From contig CAVQCO010000004.1 in NCBI GenBank assembly GCA_963711065.1, positions 62,867-126,866 on the forward strand: a DNA stretch of 64,000 bases. The letters run 5' to 3'. Positions within the stretch are counted from its first letter, which is position 1; each line of letters begins with the position of its first letter. Under the pieces are notes generated by a model. That model was not told where the DNA came from. It did not search any database and saw nothing but the letters and a program-made list of their open reading frames with translations. The translations under genes were made by a program, and so were the position numbers. The DNA comes from an uncultured Acidimicrobiaceae bacterium (GTDB lineage: Bacteria; Actinomycetota; Acidimicrobiia; Acidimicrobiales; RAAP-2). Below are positions 39,457-48,310 of the stretch, in pieces.

Positions 39457-40418
39457 GTTCGAGCGCCGCAAGGTCGTCGTCGTCGGCAGCGGGCCCGCCG
39501 GGCTCACGGCCGCCCTCTACAGCGCCCGGGCCCAGCTGCACCCGCTCGTCATCGAGGGCGAGCCGTCCTCCACCAGCGACCAGCCGGGCGGCCAGCTCAT
39601 GCTGACCACCGACGTGGAGAACTACCCCGGCTTCGTCGACGGCATCATGGGCCCCGAGCTCATGGCCGTCATGCGCGCCCAGGCGCTGCGCTTCGACGCC
39701 GAGCTGCGCACCGCCAAGGTCAGCCGCGTCGACCTCTCTCCGTGGCCCTTCCAGGTCTGGGTGGGCGACCCCGACGCCCCCGAGCCCACGGTGATGGCCG
39801 ACGCCCTGATCGTCGCCACCGGCGCCCGCTCCCTCATGCTCGGCGTCCCCAACGAGGACCGCCTGCTCGGCTACGGCGTCTCGACGTGCGCCACCTGCGA
39901 CGGCTTCTTCTTCCGGGACCACCACATCGCCGTCGTCGGCGGCGGCGACTCGGCCCTCGAGGAGGCGCTCTTCCTCACCCGCTTCGGCGTCCAAGGTCAC
40001 CGTGATCCACCGCCGCGACGAGCTGCGCGCCTCCAAGATCATGCAGGAGCGCGCCTTCGCCAATCCCAAGATCGACTTCGCCTGGAACTCGGTCGTGACC
40101 GACGTCGTCGGCGACACCAAGGTCAGCGGGCTGCGCCTCCGGGACACCATGACCGGCGAGGACTCCGAGCTCGATGCGACCGGCCTCTTCGTCGCCATCG
40201 GCCACGAGCCCAACAGCGCCCTGGTCAAGGGCCAGCTCGAGCTGGAGGACAACGGCTACGTCCGCACGTTCGACGGCACGACGCGCACCAGCGTGGACGG
40301 GGTCTTCGCCTGCGGCGACGTCCAGGACCACTACTACCGCCAGGCCGTGACCTCGGCCGGCTCGGGCTGCATGGCCGCCATCGACGCCGAGCGCTGGCTC
40401 GAGATGCGCGGGGAGTAG
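39449..40418 (+). pseudogene. trxB: thioredoxin-disulfide reductase, frameshifted
   Basis: Contains [16 protein letters not shown], redox CATCDG and [16 protein letters not shown]. It then continues as [15 protein letters not shown].. in the frame of ORF 40002..40418. There is an extra G near 39986-39987 and the length is 3n+1. Confidence 0.88.
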
Positions 40419-40469
40419 CGGGAAGAGAACGCGGCGGTGCGGCGTTGCACCACCTGACAAGGAGATGCA

Positions 40470-40796
40470 ATGAGCGAGAAGATCGTGACCCTGACCGACG
40501 CTACGTTTGACGAGCATGTCAAGAGCTCCGACGTCCCCGTGCTGGTGGACTTCTGGGCGGAGTGGTGCGGCCCGTGCAAGATGATCTCCCCGGTCCTGGA
40601 GGAGATCGCCGAGGAGCAGGCCGGCAAGATCCAGATCGTCAAGCTCAACATCGACGACAACCTGGACGTGACCCGGCGCTTCGACGTGATGAGCATCCCG
40701 ACGCTGATCCTGTTCAAGGACGGCGAGCCGCAGATGCGCCTGGTCGGGGCGAAGCCCAAGGGCGCGCTGCTCGAGGAGATCTCGGCCTTCCTGTAG
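40470..40796 (+). CDS. trxA: thioredoxin
   Basis: 108 aa with the WCGPC active site. Confidence 0.95.
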   Translation: MSEKIVTLTDATFDEHVKSSDVPVLVDFWAEWCGPCKMISPVLEEIAEEQAGKIQIVKLNIDDNLDVTRRFDVMSIPTLILFKDGEPQMRLVGAKPKGALLEEISAFL

Positions 40797-40798
40797 GC

Positions 40799-41774
40799 CT
40801 GCCGCTCTCCGTCGGCGACCGCGGCGTCGCCGTCTCCGACGTCCAGCACCGCCTCGCCGCCATCCTGCCCGGGCGCGCCCGTCGACGCCGACGGCATCTT
40901 CGGGCCGGCCACCCGGGCCGCCCTGGAGGCCTTCCAGCGGCTGCGGGGGCTGCGCGTCGACGGGATCTGCGGCCCCCAGACCTGGGACACCCTGGTGGAG
41001 GCCGGATTCCGGCTGGGCGACCGCTTCTTGTACCGCCGGACCCCCATGCTGCGGGGTGACGACGTGGCCGAGCTCCAGCAGCGCCTGTGCACCCTCGGCT
41101 TCGACACCGGGCGCGTCGACGGCATCTTCGGCGACGCCACCGTCGCGCGCCTTGGGCGAGTTCCAGCGCAACGCCGGGCCTGCCCGTCGACGGCATCGTC
41201 GGCGGCGGCACCCTGCGCCGAGCTGCTCCGCCTCGAGAGCCGCCACCACGAGCCCGAGCTCGTCTCGGCCGTGCGCGCCCGCGCCGCCCTGCGCGACGCG
41301 CCCCACACCCTGCGGGGGCGCCACGTGGCCGTCGGCGAGAGCGGCGGGCTCGGGAGCGTGGCGGGCGCGCTGCGGCGGCGCCTCGTCTTCGGGGGCAGCC
41401 GGGTGACCGAGCTGCACCACCCCGACGACGCCGTTCAGGCCAAGGAGGCCAACGAACTGGCGGTCGACGTCTTCGTCGGCCTGCGGCTCAACCCCACCCG
41501 GGCCTCGTGCCGGACCGCCTTCTGGTCGGGCACCCACGACGAGTCCCCCGGCGGTCGGCGGCTGGCCGAGCTGGTCCAGGGGACCGTCCCGGCGGCCCTC
41601 GGCGTGGCCGACGCCGGCGTGCGCGGCATGTCGGTGCCCCTGCTGCGCGAGACCCAGATGCCTGCCGTCGTGATCGAGGTGGGCCCGGCCAGCGCGGTCG
41701 TCGAGCGGGCGCCCACGCTGGCCGCGGCGCTCTCGGCCGCCCTGGGACTGTGGGCCGACGCCTCCTGGGACTGA
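40799..41774 (+). pseudogene. CwlM-like protein (PG-binding repeats + Amidase_3-like domain) with four frameshifts
   Basis: Three PG_binding_1-like repeats are recoverable only by dropping single nucleotides near 40874, 41151, 41179 and 41219. The largest intact ORF is 40995..41774. There is no canonical start at the 5' end. Confidence 0.65.
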
Positions 41775-41922
41775 GGTTCCCCGGCCTCGGCAACCTCCGT
41801 TGCAGCCTCACCGATTACCCGTAATTCACGCCTCTGACCAGCCAAACGGACGTTCGAAAGGGCCTGCGTGGGCCGGGCGACGGTTACGCGACCAAAGCTT
41901 CCGGCAGATGAACCGGGTGACA

Positions 41923-41951
41923 ATCCACAACGTCATGCACAGGTTGTGGAT
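41923..41951. other. 9-bp perfect inverted repeat with DnaA-box-like arms (or bidirectional terminator)
   Basis: ATCCACAAC-N11-GTTGTGGAT between the convergent cwlM-like and parB genes. Confidence 0.4.
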
Positions 41952-41983
41952 GAAGCTGAACCGACCCTTGACAGTTGCGTGAA

Positions 41984-42943
41984 CTACGCGACGCCGCCGT
42001 CACCGACCATGGCGCGGTAGATGCGCTCGAGGTCCTCCAGGGTGGCGAACTCGACCACCAGGCGGCCCCGCCGGTTCTGGATGTCGACCTTGACCCGGGT
42101 GTTGAGGTAGGTCGAGAGCAGGTCCTCGAGCTCGAGCACGCCGGGCTCGGGCAGCTTGCGCGACGAGGCGCGGCGCGGCGCAGCCTCGGCCGGCCCGGCC
42201 GCACTCCCCTCCTCCGGCGCCTTGGTCGCCTCGGGCTCGGGCTCGGGCGCGGGCGGCACCACCCGCAGCTCGGAGCCGCCGCTGCGCACCAGGTCCTCCA
42301 CGGCCCGCACCGTCAACCCCTCGTCGACGATGCGCTCGACCAGCTTCTCCTGGAGGGCACGGTCGGGCGTCCCGAGCAGGGCGCGGGCGTGGCCGGCCGA
42401 GATCGTCCGCTCGGCCAGGGCCCGCTGGGCCCCCGCCGGCAGCTGCAGGAGGCGCAGGGTGTTGGTGACGGTCGCCCGGCCCTTGCCCATGCGGGTGGCC
42501 ACCTGCTCGTGGGTCAGCCCGAACTCGTCGATGAGCTGCTGGTAGGCGGCGGCCTCCTCCAGGGCGTTGAGGTCGACCCGGTGCAGGTTCTCCACCAGCG
42601 CCTGCTCCAGGCTGGCCACGTCGTCGGCCACCTGGACCAGCACCGGGATGGTCTGCAGGCCGGCGCGGCGGGCCGCCCGCCAGCGCCGCTCCCCCGCGAT
42701 CAGCTCGTAGGTCTCCGCCTCGTCGTGCAGCTCGCGCACCAGCACCGGCTGGAGCAGGCCGACGGCCTTGATGGAGGCCGCCAACGACGCCATCGACTCC
42801 TCGTCGAAGTGGCTGCGCGGCTGGAAGACGTTGGGGCGGATGTGCGAGATCGGCACCACCCTGAGGAGCGAGTCGGTCGCCCCGACCGCCTCGCTCGGAA
42901 TGAGGGCGCTCAGCCCCTTACCGAGTCCGCTGCGGCGCGCCAT
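41984..42943 (-). CDS. parB: chromosome partitioning protein ParB
   Basis: MARRSGLGKGLSALIP, ParB-box (QPRSHFDEE), HTH region; 319 aa. Confidence 0.93.
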   Translation of the reverse strand: MARRSGLGKGLSALIPSEAVGATDSLLRVVPISHIRPNVFQPRSHFDEESMASLAASIKAVGLLQPVLVRELHDEAETYELIAGERRWRAARRAGLQTIPVLVQVADDVASLEQALVENLHRVDLNALEEAAAYQQLIDEFGLTHEQVATRMGKGRATVTNTLRLLQLPAGAQRALAERTISAGHARALLGTPDRALQEKLVERIVDEGLTVRAVEDLVRSGGSELRVVPPAPEPEPEATKAPEEGSAAGPAEAAPRRASSRKLPEPGVLELEDLLSTYLNTRVKVDIQNRRGRLVVEFATLEDLERIYRAMVGDGGVA

Positions 42944-44219
42944 CGCTCACCTCCTTGGCCAGCTCGCGGTAGGCGACGGCGCCCCGCGAGGCCGGATCGA
43001 ACACCGTGATGGGCTGCCCGAAGGAGGGCGCCTCCGACAGCCGGACCGAGCGGGGGATCACCACCCGGCACACCCGCTCGGAGAAGTGCTCCCGCACCTC
43101 GTTGGCCACGTCGACCGAGAGCCGGGTCCGGGCGTCGTACATGGTCAGCACGATGGTCGTGACCTCGAGCGTCTCGTTCAGGTTGGTCGAGACCAGGTTC
43201 ACGTTGCGCAGGAGCTGGCTCAGCCCCTCCAGGGCGTAGTACTCGCACTGGATCGGGACGAGCACCTCGTCGGCCGCCGCCAGGCCGTTGACCGTGATGA
43301 GGCCGAGGGAGGGCGGGCAGTCGATCAGGACGAAGTCGAAGTCGTCGACGATGGAGTCGATGGCCCGCTTGAGCTTCAGCTCACGGCTGAAGGCCGGGAC
43401 GAGCTCGATCTCCACGCCGGCCAGGTCGATGGTCGCCGGGGCCACGAACAGGTTCATGACGCTGGTGGGCTCGATGCAGTCCTCCAGGGGTTGGTCCCGC
43501 ATGATCACGTCGTACATGGACAGCTCGAAGTTCCGGGCCTCGACGCCGAGCCCGGTGGTGGCGTTGCCCTGTGGGTCGAGGTCGATGACGAGGACGCGGT
43601 ACCCCTGCTCGGCCAGCGCCGCCCCGAGGTTGACCGTGGTGGTGGTCTTGCCCACGCCGCCCTTCTGGTTGGCGATGGCGATGACCCGGGGCAGCTCGCG
43701 GTGGGCGGGCTTCGACCCGTTGAGGAGGTCGGTCGCCTCTCCCCGGATGGTGGGCGAGCGCTGCGACGCCGGCTCCCTCGCCGTGGCGGCGGCCTTGGGC
43801 GTGGCCTTGGGCGTGGCCTTCGGCTCCGGCTCGGTCACGGCGGCGGGCCCGGGTTCGGGCGCCGGTTCGACCGCCGGTGCCGATTCGGCTGCGGCTGCCG
43901 GCGGGGATGCGGACGCAGCCTCGGGGGCGGGTTCGCCTTCGGGCTCGGGCCCGGCCGCCTCGACGACCGGCGTCCCGGTTGCCGGGGTCGGCTCGGGGAC
44001 CTCGGGGGGCGGTGGGGGAGCCGGGGCCGCCTCGGGCGGCGAGACCGTCCCCGCGTCGGCCGGCGGCGCAGGCTCCGAGACGGGGCTCTTGACCGGATCG
44101 AGCGACGTCGGGCCCTGGGCCGCGGACGCCTCGGCGTCCCGCTCGTGGTCGTAGGGTGCGATCTCCGCTGCGGTCGTCGGTGTCCCCTGGGCCTCCCTGT
44201 CCTTGCGCCTGATGCGCAT
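42918..44219 (-). CDS. parA: chromosome partitioning ATPase ParA/Soj with a long Pro/Ala/Glu-rich N-terminal extension
   Basis: Deviant Walker A IANQKGGVGKTTT. Start chosen at ATG 44219, because the ORF ATG at 44345 lies inside a parS site. The true start is uncertain. Confidence 0.88.
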   Translation of the reverse strand: MRIRRKDREAQGTPTTAAEIAPYDHERDAEASAAQGPTSLDPVKSPVSEPAPPADAGTVSPPEAAPAPPPPPEVPEPTPATGTPVVEAAGPEPEGEPAPEAASASPPAAAAESAPAVEPAPEPGPAAVTEPEPKATPKATPKAAATAREPASQRSPTIRGEATDLLNGSKPAHRELPRVIAIANQKGGVGKTTTTVNLGAALAEQGYRVLVIDLDPQGNATTGLGVEARNFELSMYDVIMRDQPLEDCIEPTSVMNLFVAPATIDLAGVEIELVPAFSRELKLKRAIDSIVDDFDFVLIDCPPSLGLITVNGLAAADEVLVPIQCEYYALEGLSQLLRNVNLVSTNLNETLEVTTIVLTMYDARTRLSVDVANEVREHFSERVCRVVIPRSVRLSEAPSFGQPITVFDPASRGAVAYRELAKEVSDGAPQRTR

Positions 44220-44295
44220 CAAGCAGGCCCTCCGAGTCGCCACCGCACGGCGCCTATCCTGGCCTGCCGGCGGGCCTAGGTCAAGACTTGAGAAC

Positions 44296-44309
44296 GTTCC
44301 ACGTGGAAC
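44296..44309. promoter_or_regulatory. parS-like site 1
   Basis: GTTCCACGTGGAAC, a perfect 14-bp palindrome. It differs from the canonical GTTTCACGTGAAAC by a symmetric T>C / A>G pair. Confidence 0.7.
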
Positions 44310-44344
44310 CTCGGCCACAGCCTTGGCCCGGTCCGGGGCCGACA

Positions 44345-44360
44345 TGTTTCACGTGGAACA
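44345..44360. promoter_or_regulatory. parS-like site 2
   Basis: TGTTTCACGTGGAACA, one mismatch from the canonical TGTTTCACGTGAAACA. Confidence 0.75.
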
Positions 44361-44404
44361 GGACACTTGGGCCGGCCGACCGGGTCAGTCCCGCCCCTGG
44401 GGGC

Positions 44405-45082
44405 TCAGAACAGGGGCTTCTTGGCCGGCACACCGTTGCGGCGGGGGAAGGCCTCGGGGCACGGTGCCGCCTGGCGCAGCACCTCGTAGCCGAACTCCTC
44501 GTGGACCGGACCGAGGGGCTCGAGTCCGAGCAGGGCCAGCGGGCCGGGGGGCCAGCGGGCGTCGGCGACGGCCCCCGTCGGCCGCTCGCCCCCCGGTGGC
44601 TCCGACACGACAAGCCAGCCGCCCACCTCGAGCAGGGGAGCGGCGCACTCGGCCACCACGGCCGGGCGCCCGAACGACCTCGCCAGGACGCCGTCGTAGG
44701 CCCCCCTGTGGCCGCTCTGGCGCCCGCACACCTCCGCCCGCTCGTGGAGGACCCTGACCCGCTCGGACAGCCCCAGCCGGCTCACGGCACGGGCCAGGAA
44801 GGCCGCCCGGCGCCCGCCCGCCTCCAGCAGGTCGAGGGAGGCCTCGGGCCATTCGACGGCCACCACGAGGCCGGGCAGGCCGCCACCGGATCCGAGGTCG
44901 ACCAGGCGGGGGGCCGCGGAGCCGTCGCCGGCCAGGCGGCGGGCCACGGCGAGGAATCCCTCGGCGTGGCGCAGTTGGGGCTCAATGGGCCCGGGTCCGA
45001 GGAAGCCCGCGTCACGGGCTTCGGCCAGGACGGCGCCGAGGGCGGTGGGGGAGCGGTCGCCCTCTTCGCCGGCGCCGGGCAC
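44405..45082 (-). CDS. rsmG: 16S rRNA (guanine527-N7)-methyltransferase RsmG
   Basis: SAM motif VDLGSGGGLPGLV. GTG 45082 lies just downstream of the jag stop. Confidence 0.87.
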   Translation of the reverse strand: MPGAGEEGDRSPTALGAVLAEARDAGFLGPGPIEPQLRHAEGFLAVARRLAGDGSAAPRLVDLGSGGGLPGLVVAVEWPEASLDLLEAGGRRAAFLARAVSRLGLSERVRVLHERAEVCGRQSGHRGAYDGVLARSFGRPAVVAECAAPLLEVGGWLVVSEPPGGERPTGAVADARWPPGPLALLGLEPLGPVHEEFGYEVLRQAAPCPEAFPRRNGVPAKKPLF

Positions 45083-45093
45083 CGCCGGCGTGC

Positions 45094-46116
45094 TCAGCCG
45101 CCCGGCGCGATGACGATGTGGCGGTTGGGGTCCTCGCCCTCGGAGCGGGTCACGACCCCGTCCATCTCGTTGACGGCGTCGTGCACCGCCTTGCGGTCGG
45201 CCGGGCTCATCGCCTCGAGGGCCTTCTCCTGGCCCGAGGCCAGCACCTCCTCGGCGATCTGGACGCTGAAGCGCTTGAGGGCGGCCGAGCGGCGCTCCCG
45301 GTACCCTGCCACGTCGACCAGGATCCGGTCGGTCCGCGACGGGCACTGGCGCTGGACCACGGCCCGGGTGACGTCCTGCAGGGCGGCCAGGGTCGAGCCC
45401 CGCGGCCCCACGAGGATGCCCAGGTCCTCCCCAATGGCCGCGATCTCGACGGTGTCCTCGTCGAGCAGTCGCAGCTCCACGTCGCCCTCCATCCCGAACT
45501 CCGTGAGGAGGCCGGCCACGAACGCCCGCCCGATCTCGCCCTGCTCTTCGAGCGTCATTCCCTCGGCCATGTCCTCTGTCTCCTTCGTCGGTTCCGAGCT
45601 CCGCTGCGGAGCCCTCTCGGCAGACGGTCCCGCCGAGGACCCGTTCCTCGAACCTTCCCTCGATCCTGTACCGCCGGCGGACTTGCTCCGGTTGCGCCGG
45701 CGCCGGGCCGAGCGGCTCGTCCCCGCCCCTGCCGCCGTCCCCGCCGCCCCCGCCGCCCCCGCCGCGGTCGTCGTGCCCGAGCCGCCCGATCCGTTGCCGC
45801 CGGCGGCCGCCGTTTCGCGCTCGGCCGAGGCCCCGCCCGAGCGGCTGCGCTGGCCGCCCTGGCCGCCCTGCTGCCTGCCCTCGCGGCCTCCCTGGCCCGA
45901 CTTGTTGGTGCGGCGCGACCGCTCACGCCGGGGACGGGCGCCCACCGGGCGCACCCTTGCCCGCACCCGGGCCTCGCCCCGCATGCGCCCGAAGAGGCCC
46001 GACTTGGGCTCGCTGAGCACGATCACCTCGGCATCGCCGACCGCGACCCCGAGCTGGTCCAGCGCCCGTTCGGTCGCATCCTCGACTGTCTTCCCCGCCA
46101 CTTCGACCCACTCCAC
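45094..46116 (-). CDS. jag: Jag/KhpB RNA-binding protein with a long low-complexity linker
   Basis: Jag_N (MEWVEVAGKTVEDATERAL), a ~120-aa Gly/Arg/Ser/Ala linker, then a KH + R3H C-terminus (GPRGSTLAALQ..; MSPADRKAVHDAV). Confidence 0.85.
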   Translation of the reverse strand: MEWVEVAGKTVEDATERALDQLGVAVGDAEVIVLSEPKSGLFGRMRGEARVRARVRPVGARPRRERSRRTNKSGQGGREGRQQGGQGGQRSRSGGASAERETAAAGGNGSGGSGTTTAAGAAGAAGTAAGAGTSRSARRRRNRSKSAGGTGSREGSRNGSSAGPSAERAPQRSSEPTKETEDMAEGMTLEEQGEIGRAFVAGLLTEFGMEGDVELRLLDEDTVEIAAIGEDLGILVGPRGSTLAALQDVTRAVVQRQCPSRTDRILVDVAGYRERRSAALKRFSVQIAEEVLASGQEKALEAMSPADRKAVHDAVNEMDGVVTRSEGEDPNRHIVIAPGG

Positions 46117-46119
46117 GCG

Positions 46120-47298
46120 CTATCGAGCCTTTCTGCTCCGCTTCGAGCGCGAGCGCGGATGGGCCTTCGGGGCCGCCGGCGTCTCGTCGCTCGATCCGCT
46201 CTTGCCGTTCGTCGGCCGGCGCCCCGCCCCCGGCTTCCTGCCGTTGCTCCCGCCACTGCCCCCGTTGGAGCCCGAGCCGCTCTTGGTCGGCGGCACGATC
46301 GCCTGGGCGGCCGAAGTGCCGTCCGTCGCCGTCGACGTCCGCTTGGCCGGCTTCGCCGGTGGCTTCTCGGGTTTGTCCTCCTTGTCCTTGTCCTTGGCCT
46401 TGGCCGCCGAACCGATCTCGCGTTCGTGCACGACGGGCGCCACCATGCCCGTCCGGAACATGACCTCTTGTGTCGCGATCCGCATTGCAGAAGACACCAC
46501 CATGTAAATGGTTGCTCCGGCGGGCACTTTTAGGTAAATGACGCCGAAAATAATAGGGAAAAACTTCTGCATTGTTTGCATCTGTGGATTCGCCGCAGCT
46601 GCCTGCGGATTGCGACTGTTCATCTGCTTCATTTGGTAGTACTGCAGGAACATCGCGGCGCCAATCAGCACCAGATACGGGATGGTCAGGACCCACTGGC
46701 TCATGGTCGTGATCACGACATGCGTGAACGGGTCCGTCGTGTGATTTGAAAGTGGATAGGCCGACAGGTCCATCCCGAACCACCAGTGCATTTGGCCCTG
46801 GCTGACCACGAGATCGTGGTACATATGAGAATTTGTCGGGATATACCGCGGCGCTCCGACGACGACCTTGTGACCGTTGATAGTCTTTGTAACCGTGGTC
46901 GACAAACCCCGAATCAGGGTGTAGAGCACGATAAGGAAGGGCATCTGCAGGAGGCTGGGCAGGCAAGCGCCGAACGGGCTGGTCCCGTTGTCCTTGTAGA
47001 GCTTCATCATCTCCTGGTTGAGGAGCTCCCGGTTCTCCGGGCCCTTGTACTTGGCCTGGAGCTTCTTCATCTCGGGCTGCAGCCGCTGCATGGCCAGCAT
47101 CGACTTGGTGCTCTTCACCGTCACCGGCGTGAGCGCCAGCATGATGATGATGGTCAGGCCCGTGATGGCGAAGCCGTAGTTGGGCCAGACGGCGTACAGG
47201 CCGGCCAGGATCAGGCCGAACAGCTCGAAGAGCGGGTGGAAGATCTCGCCGATGAGCTTGAACAGGGAGTTCTCGGCCAGCAGCGGGTGGCTCAGCAC
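46120..47298 (-). CDS. yidC: membrane protein insertase YidC
   Basis: YidC/Oxa1 core ([15 protein letters not shown].., NPLGACLP-like [14 protein letters not shown]) and a basic C-terminal tail. Confidence 0.92.
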   Translation of the reverse strand: MLSHPLLAENSLFKLIGEIFHPLFELFGLILAGLYAVWPNYGFAITGLTIIIMLALTPVTVKSTKSMLAMQRLQPEMKKLQAKYKGPENRELLNQEMMKLYKDNGTSPFGACLPSLLQMPFLIVLYTLIRGLSTTVTKTINGHKVVVGAPRYIPTNSHMYHDLVVSQGQMHWWFGMDLSAYPLSNHTTDPFTHVVITTMSQWVLTIPYLVLIGAAMFLQYYQMKQMNSRNPQAAAANPQMQTMQKFFPIIFGVIYLKVPAGATIYMVVSSAMRIATQEVMFRTGMVAPVVHEREIGSAAKAKDKDKEDKPEKPPAKPAKRTSTATDGTSAAQAIVPPTKSGSGSNGGSGGSNGRKPGAGRRPTNGKSGSSDETPAAPKAHPRSRSKRSRKAR

Positions 47299-47564
47299 GG
47301 CCGTCCTCCCTCGTGGGCGTGCACGCGCACGGGTACCAGGTCCACCCCGTGGGGCCCGAAGGGCCGGCAGCGCAAGAGCCGCCGCACCGTCAGCGCGAGG
47401 CCGCGCCAGAAGCCGTGGACGCCGAACGCCTCCACCGCGTAGCTCGAGCAGCTCGGGTAGAAGCGGCAGGGTGAGACCCGGCCCGAGGCCGCGCCCTGGT
47501 AGGCGGTGAGCAGCGCCACGGCCGCGCGTGCCGGCAGGCCCAGCCGGGCCTCGGTCTCCGTCAT
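47292..47564 (-). CDS. yidD: membrane protein insertion efficiency factor YidD
   Basis: [11 protein letters not shown] motif; 90 aa. Confidence 0.9.
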   Translation of the reverse strand: MTETEARLGLPARAAVALLTAYQGAASGRVSPCRFYPSCSSYAVEAFGVHGFWRGLALTVRRLLRCRPFGPHGVDLVPVRVHAHEGGRPC

Positions 47565-47920
47565 GCGCTCACACCCGTCCGCCCGGCGCGGCGCAGGGCG
47601 GCCGCCACGTCCTCCCGGAAGGCCGCGGGCGCCAGGCCGTCGGCCGCCGGCTCGATCCGCACCAGGTACGAGCCGCGGGGCAACGTCCCCGCCTCGGCCC
47701 GGACCACCTCACGGGCCCGGCGCCGCAGGGTGTTCCGCCGGACCGCACCGCCGCAACGACGCCCAATTGCGTAGCCCACCTGGGGAAACACTCCGGGAGC
47801 CCCGTCCTCGGCCGGCACGAACAGGGCCCGCACGGGCCCGCTCGACCCGCGCGCCCGGGAGCGCTGCAGCTCCGCGAAGGCAGCGCGACTGGTGATCCGT
47901 CCAACTATCCGGGCAGGCAC
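47561..47920 (-). CDS. rnpA: ribonuclease P protein component
   Basis: 119-aa basic protein between rpmH and yidD, with an RNR-like motif ([14 protein letters not shown]). Confidence 0.87.
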   Translation of the reverse strand: MPARIVGRITSRAAFAELQRSRARGSSGPVRALFVPAEDGAPGVFPQVGYAIGRRCGGAVRRNTLRRRAREVVRAEAGTLPRGSYLVRIEPAADGLAPAAFREDVAAALRRAGRTGVSA

Positions 47921-47930
47921 GAGCGGCCCC

Positions 47931-48065
47931 TCAGACGGTGAGCCGGTGGCGCCCCTTGAGCCGCCGTGACTTCAGGATGGCCCGGCCCGCCCGCGTGGAC
48001 ATGCGCTTCCGGAACCCGTGGGTGCGGGCCCGTTTCCGGGAGTTGGGTTGGTAGGTGCGCTTCAC
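47931..48065 (-). CDS. rpmH: 50S ribosomal protein L34
   Basis: Hand-translated: [44 protein letters not shown]. 44 aa, too short for the ORF track. Confidence 0.93.
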   Translation of the reverse strand: MKRTYQPNSRKRARTHGFRKRMSTRAGRAILKSRRLKGRHRLTV

Positions 48066-48310
48066 GTCAATTCAACCTTTCGCGACGACCGAAGGTGTCC
48101 GGAGCCGGTCCGTCGCAGGGTTCATGCCCTCGGCCTTCGAGTCGAGTCCGGCCGGCGGCGGCGAGTCCTCCCATGTTAGGCGCGATTTGGCGATCGGCTC
48201 TAGTCGCATCGCCCGGCACGGTGTACGTTCATCCAATTACCCGCACCGAGGATCGTTCCGAACATGTCGCCTGGACGCCGAGGGGGGAGAAGGGGCTTTC
48301 GGCGCTAGCG

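Noticed and set aside
43785-43835. Short GC-rich tandem repeats that might be a CRISPR or VNTR. Examples are GGCCTTGGGCGT x2-3 here and GCGCCG runs at 62290-62345 and 45700-45790.
   Set aside because: They are in-frame codon repeats encoding low-complexity Ala/Pro/Lys/Thr tracts inside ParA, Jag and the chaplin-like protein. There is no repeat-spacer architecture.
48066-48310. rpmH-dnaA intergenic region as the origin.
   Set aside because: I found no convincing DnaA-box cluster there, only weak ATCCA-type fragments. The dnaA-dnaN spacer has the box cluster and the AT-richer segment, as is usual in actinobacteria. This region more likely holds only the dnaA and rpmH promoters.
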